In this document: in pieces, positions 25,330 through 27,414 of the stretch
Position numbering within the stretch: the first letter of the stretch is position 1
How the letters are laid out: every line of letters starts with the position of its first letter
Origin: a virus
Lineage: Duplodnaviria; Caudoviricetes
Strand: one strand, 5' to 3'
Length of the DNA: 27,414 nt
IMG/VR virus record: IMGVR_UViG_3300021791_000008
Location: 1 to 27,414 of that record
Notes under the pieces: generated by a model
Seen by the model: the letters and a program-made list of their open reading frames with translations, nothing else
What the model was told of the DNA's origin: nothing
The model's database searches: none
Made by a program: the position numbers and the translations under genes

Positions 25330-26124
25330 ATGGAAAAATATATTAAAAGATTATGGCCCGCGGGCGTGTTGCTTTTGTTTGTTGCGGCGATAGGTAGCAA
25401 CCCCAGGATGATGCAGGATTTACAAATAAACAACGCCTTGTCTATTATCTCAACCGACCCCGAGTTGATGGTTGAGGATTCGGACGGCTCGCGATCGCTG
25501 GAAATAAAGGCGGCGGGAGACTCGGCCTATATACAAGCAGACAACGACAGCAACGGGGACGCCCTAACATTAAACTTATCGACATCACAAACAACGATCA
25601 AAAACCTAAGCGTTGACACGGCGTCCTTGGTTGTTGATAGTGAATTGACGCAGGCGGCGGACTCTTCCGGGGAGGGGCCGTTTCAGTTCGCAGTATGGAC
25701 TCAGCAAGGAGGCGATCAAGCGTATGATACAGCGAATCAGTGGTTTGATGATACGGTGTCGGGTTTTAGTTCTGCCAATTGGCGCTTCGCCGTTGATATA
25801 CCGGTTGAACTATACGGCGGCACCGTCGTTATAGATAGCGTGGAAATTGAGGGTCATACATCAGATACAGCGCTGCATCTCGAATATTGCCGATTAATCA
25901 GGAACGACGGAAGCGGAGGGTTGGAGGTCGTAGACGTTGACAATACAGACTACGGCAACGGTTCATCGGGAACGTTCACTGTCTCGACATTCCCAACCGC
26001 GGCGTTAACTAGGGATACAGGGTACCCTGGCTGGCAGTTGCATCTATACTGGGACAACGGAAGCAACTTCTCAAGCGCCGAGGCTCGGATTTATAAAATA
26101 ATCTTTGAATGCCACCTAGAGTAA
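25330..26124 (+). CDS. Fibre-like protein with predicted N-terminal signal peptide
   Basis: MEKYIKR-LWPAGVLLLFVAAIG-S; remainder acidic and beta-rich. Confidence 0.6.
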   Translation: MEKYIKRLWPAGVLLLFVAAIGSNPRMMQDLQINNALSIISTDPELMVEDSDGSRSLEIKAAGDSAYIQADNDSNGDALTLNLSTSQTTIKNLSVDTASLVVDSELTQAADSSGEGPFQFAVWTQQGGDQAYDTANQWFDDTVSGFSSANWRFAVDIPVELYGGTVVIDSVEIEGHTSDTALHLEYCRLIRNDGSGGLEVVDVDNTDYGNGSSGTFTVSTFPTAALTRDTGYPGWQLHLYWDNGSNFSSAEARIYKIIFECHLE

Positions 26125-26148
26125 GAGATAAAAAAAGGAGCGGAAAAC

Positions 26149-26637
26149 ATGAAACGATCATTGTTGATTTTGGGAATGGTTGGCTTGTCGTCTGTTGGTG
26201 TTTCGCAAACAGATAAGGACATACGGAACGGCGTCGCCGAGGAGGTGGTCAAAGCCCACCCCAACAAGTCAATTAACATTGTCTATGATGTAATCGCAAA
26301 CACGACAGATTTAACCGAGGCCCAGAGGCTTGACGTTATCCAGAGGATAAGGCAAGCGCTAAAGGCTCCCCGGGTCGCAGCAATAAAAAGCGCAATACCA
26401 GACCCCGAAACATTGATCGAAGAGATAGCGAAACAACTAGCAAGGGTGCAACAGGATGACGCAGGAGGGGACAGGAAGCCCCTTCACCGGCACATCAGGC
26501 AACTAATCGCATTAGATGACGCCGTCGATTTATCAATGTCTCTTGCCGCCTTTGTCGAATATGAACCAACCCCAAGGCCGACAATGACATTTATACCAAC
26601 GCCAACGCCAACGCCATCTGGCAGCGGGGACGAATAA
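26149..26637 (+). CDS. Predicted secreted helical protein with Pro-Thr tail
   Basis: MKR-SLLILGMVGLSSVGVS-Q signal peptide; PTPRPTMTFIPTPTPTP. Confidence 0.65.
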   Translation: MKRSLLILGMVGLSSVGVSQTDKDIRNGVAEEVVKAHPNKSINIVYDVIANTTDLTEAQRLDVIQRIRQALKAPRVAAIKSAIPDPETLIEEIAKQLARVQQDDAGGDRKPLHRHIRQLIALDDAVDLSMSLAAFVEYEPTPRPTMTFIPTPTPTPSGSGDE

Positions 26638-26660
26638 GGGGCGGGGAATTATGGGCAAGA

Positions 26661-26741
26661 ATGAACCAAGAGAACTGGGAGGAGGCGCTGTTGTTTTTGG
26701 TCGCCCTGTTGCTCTCTTTGGTTGTGTTGTTTTCGAGTTAA
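26661..26741 (+). CDS. 26-aa single-TM peptide MNQENWEEALLFLVALLLSLVVLFSS
   Basis: Strongly hydrophobic ORF filling the gap; RBS weak; alternative ORF 26651..26749 exists. Confidence 0.4.
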   Translation: MNQENWEEALLFLVALLLSLVVLFSS

Positions 26742-26765
26742 TAAAATAACGAAGGGGTTCCCATC

Positions 26766-27059
26766 TTGGACGACGCGCACAAAACCGAAATCATGGAGCG
26801 ATTAACAAAAATAGAAACCCAACTAGAATATTTGGCCCATCACTTAACAGGGATAAAAAAAGAGATCGAATCGTTAACGCAGAATATTGAAAAAAAAGAT
26901 TATGACGTCAGGATTGATCGACTTGAACAAGCACAAAACCAGTGTGACGAGCGGCGAGTTTTTCAAATGCGAATTGTATTCGGGGTATTGGGGGCGCTTG
27001 TCGTGAAAGGCGTTGCCGTTGTTGGATATCTAGTTTCCAAAGGACTCCCGACACAGTGA
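26766..27059 (+). CDS. Coiled-coil protein with C-terminal TM helix (XhlA/holin-like)
   Basis: ERLTKIETQLE...RIDRLEQ then IVFGVLGALVVKGVAVVGYLV. Confidence 0.7.
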   Translation: MDDAHKTEIMERLTKIETQLEYLAHHLTGIKKEIESLTQNIEKKDYDVRIDRLEQAQNQCDERRVFQMRIVFGVLGALVVKGVAVVGYLVSKGLPTQ

Positions 27060-27414
27060 GGCCGGTAATTGAGAGGAGGCGGGGGGGGCGCTATTCAAAA
27101 AAATTTACTTGGTCGGTGGCCGGCGTTGCTTCGCTTATTATTGCACTACAGCCCGTCCTCTCTATGCTCGCAGCGTATACAACTACGAGCGTAAACGATA
27201 TAACGGAAACGCACTCCAACCATGAGGACATCCTGGAGGCGTTAACCGTTAGGGTTGACAACTACGAGAGGCGGCTTGATGTGCTTAACAATATAATTAA
27301 TCAACTTGATTTTGTCTTAGAGGATAACGGGTTCATGAATGACGGGCGACACGTTGTCACATACAGCGACACGCCGCCGGAGCAAGATTATAAATTTAAC
27401 AAAATACCAGAATT
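27056..27414 (+). CDS. 5' part of the junction-spanning 148-aa membrane-anchored protein (i-spanin-like)
   Basis: GTG overlapping the upstream TGA; MRPVIERRRGGRYSKKFTWSVAGVASLIIALQPVLSMLAAY...; continues to TAA at 237. Confidence 0.75.
   Translation, partial: MRPVIERRRGGRYSKKFTWSVAGVASLIIALQPVLSMLAAYTTTSVNDITETHSNHEDILEALTVRVDNYERRLDVLNNIINQLDFVLEDNGFMNDGRHVVTYSDTPPEQDYKFNKIPE
27266..27414 (+). repeat. Direct terminal repeat, right copy
   Basis: Identical to 1-149. Confidence 0.97.

Larger units (their letters stand above)
1..27414 (+). mobile_element. Complete circularly assembled tailed phage genome, siphovirus-like, 27,265 bp unique length
   Basis: 149-bp exact terminal redundancy; terminase, portal, capsid, tail and replication modules all present on one strand; an ORF reads through the junction. 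Confidence 0.93.

Noticed and set aside
238-26279. Numerous minus-strand ORFs in the track (for example 238..801 and 19337..20041)
   Set aside because: All are antisense shadows of well-supported plus-strand genes and show no recognisable motifs
26597-26616. CCAACG tandem repeat
   Set aside because: Simply encodes the Pro-Thr linker

Overview
The window is an apparently complete, circularly assembled small tailed-phage genome of 27,265 bp: bases 1-149 are repeated exactly at 27266-27414. All credible genes are on the + strand. The order is: early region of short genes, Rad52/Sak recombinase, lambda-O-like initiator with an internal iteron origin, DnaB helicase, ParB-N/DNA methyltransferase, terminase, SPP1-like portal, head genes, siphovirus-type tail genes, then seven consecutive secreted or membrane proteins with no recognisable endolysin. 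No integrase or repressor is visible. The clearest non-coding signal is a consensus type I hammerhead ribozyme (1620-1669) with a competing helix that includes the upstream stop codon. It sits in a cassette-like early operon with duplicated leaders, a long hairpin and two paralogous genes. Other notable items are an origin iteron copy at the putative late promoter, a probable ATT start codon, a possibly inactivated restriction-endonuclease homologue, and tail-region proteins with signal peptides. Protein family calls come from motif recognition by eye, not from database searches.
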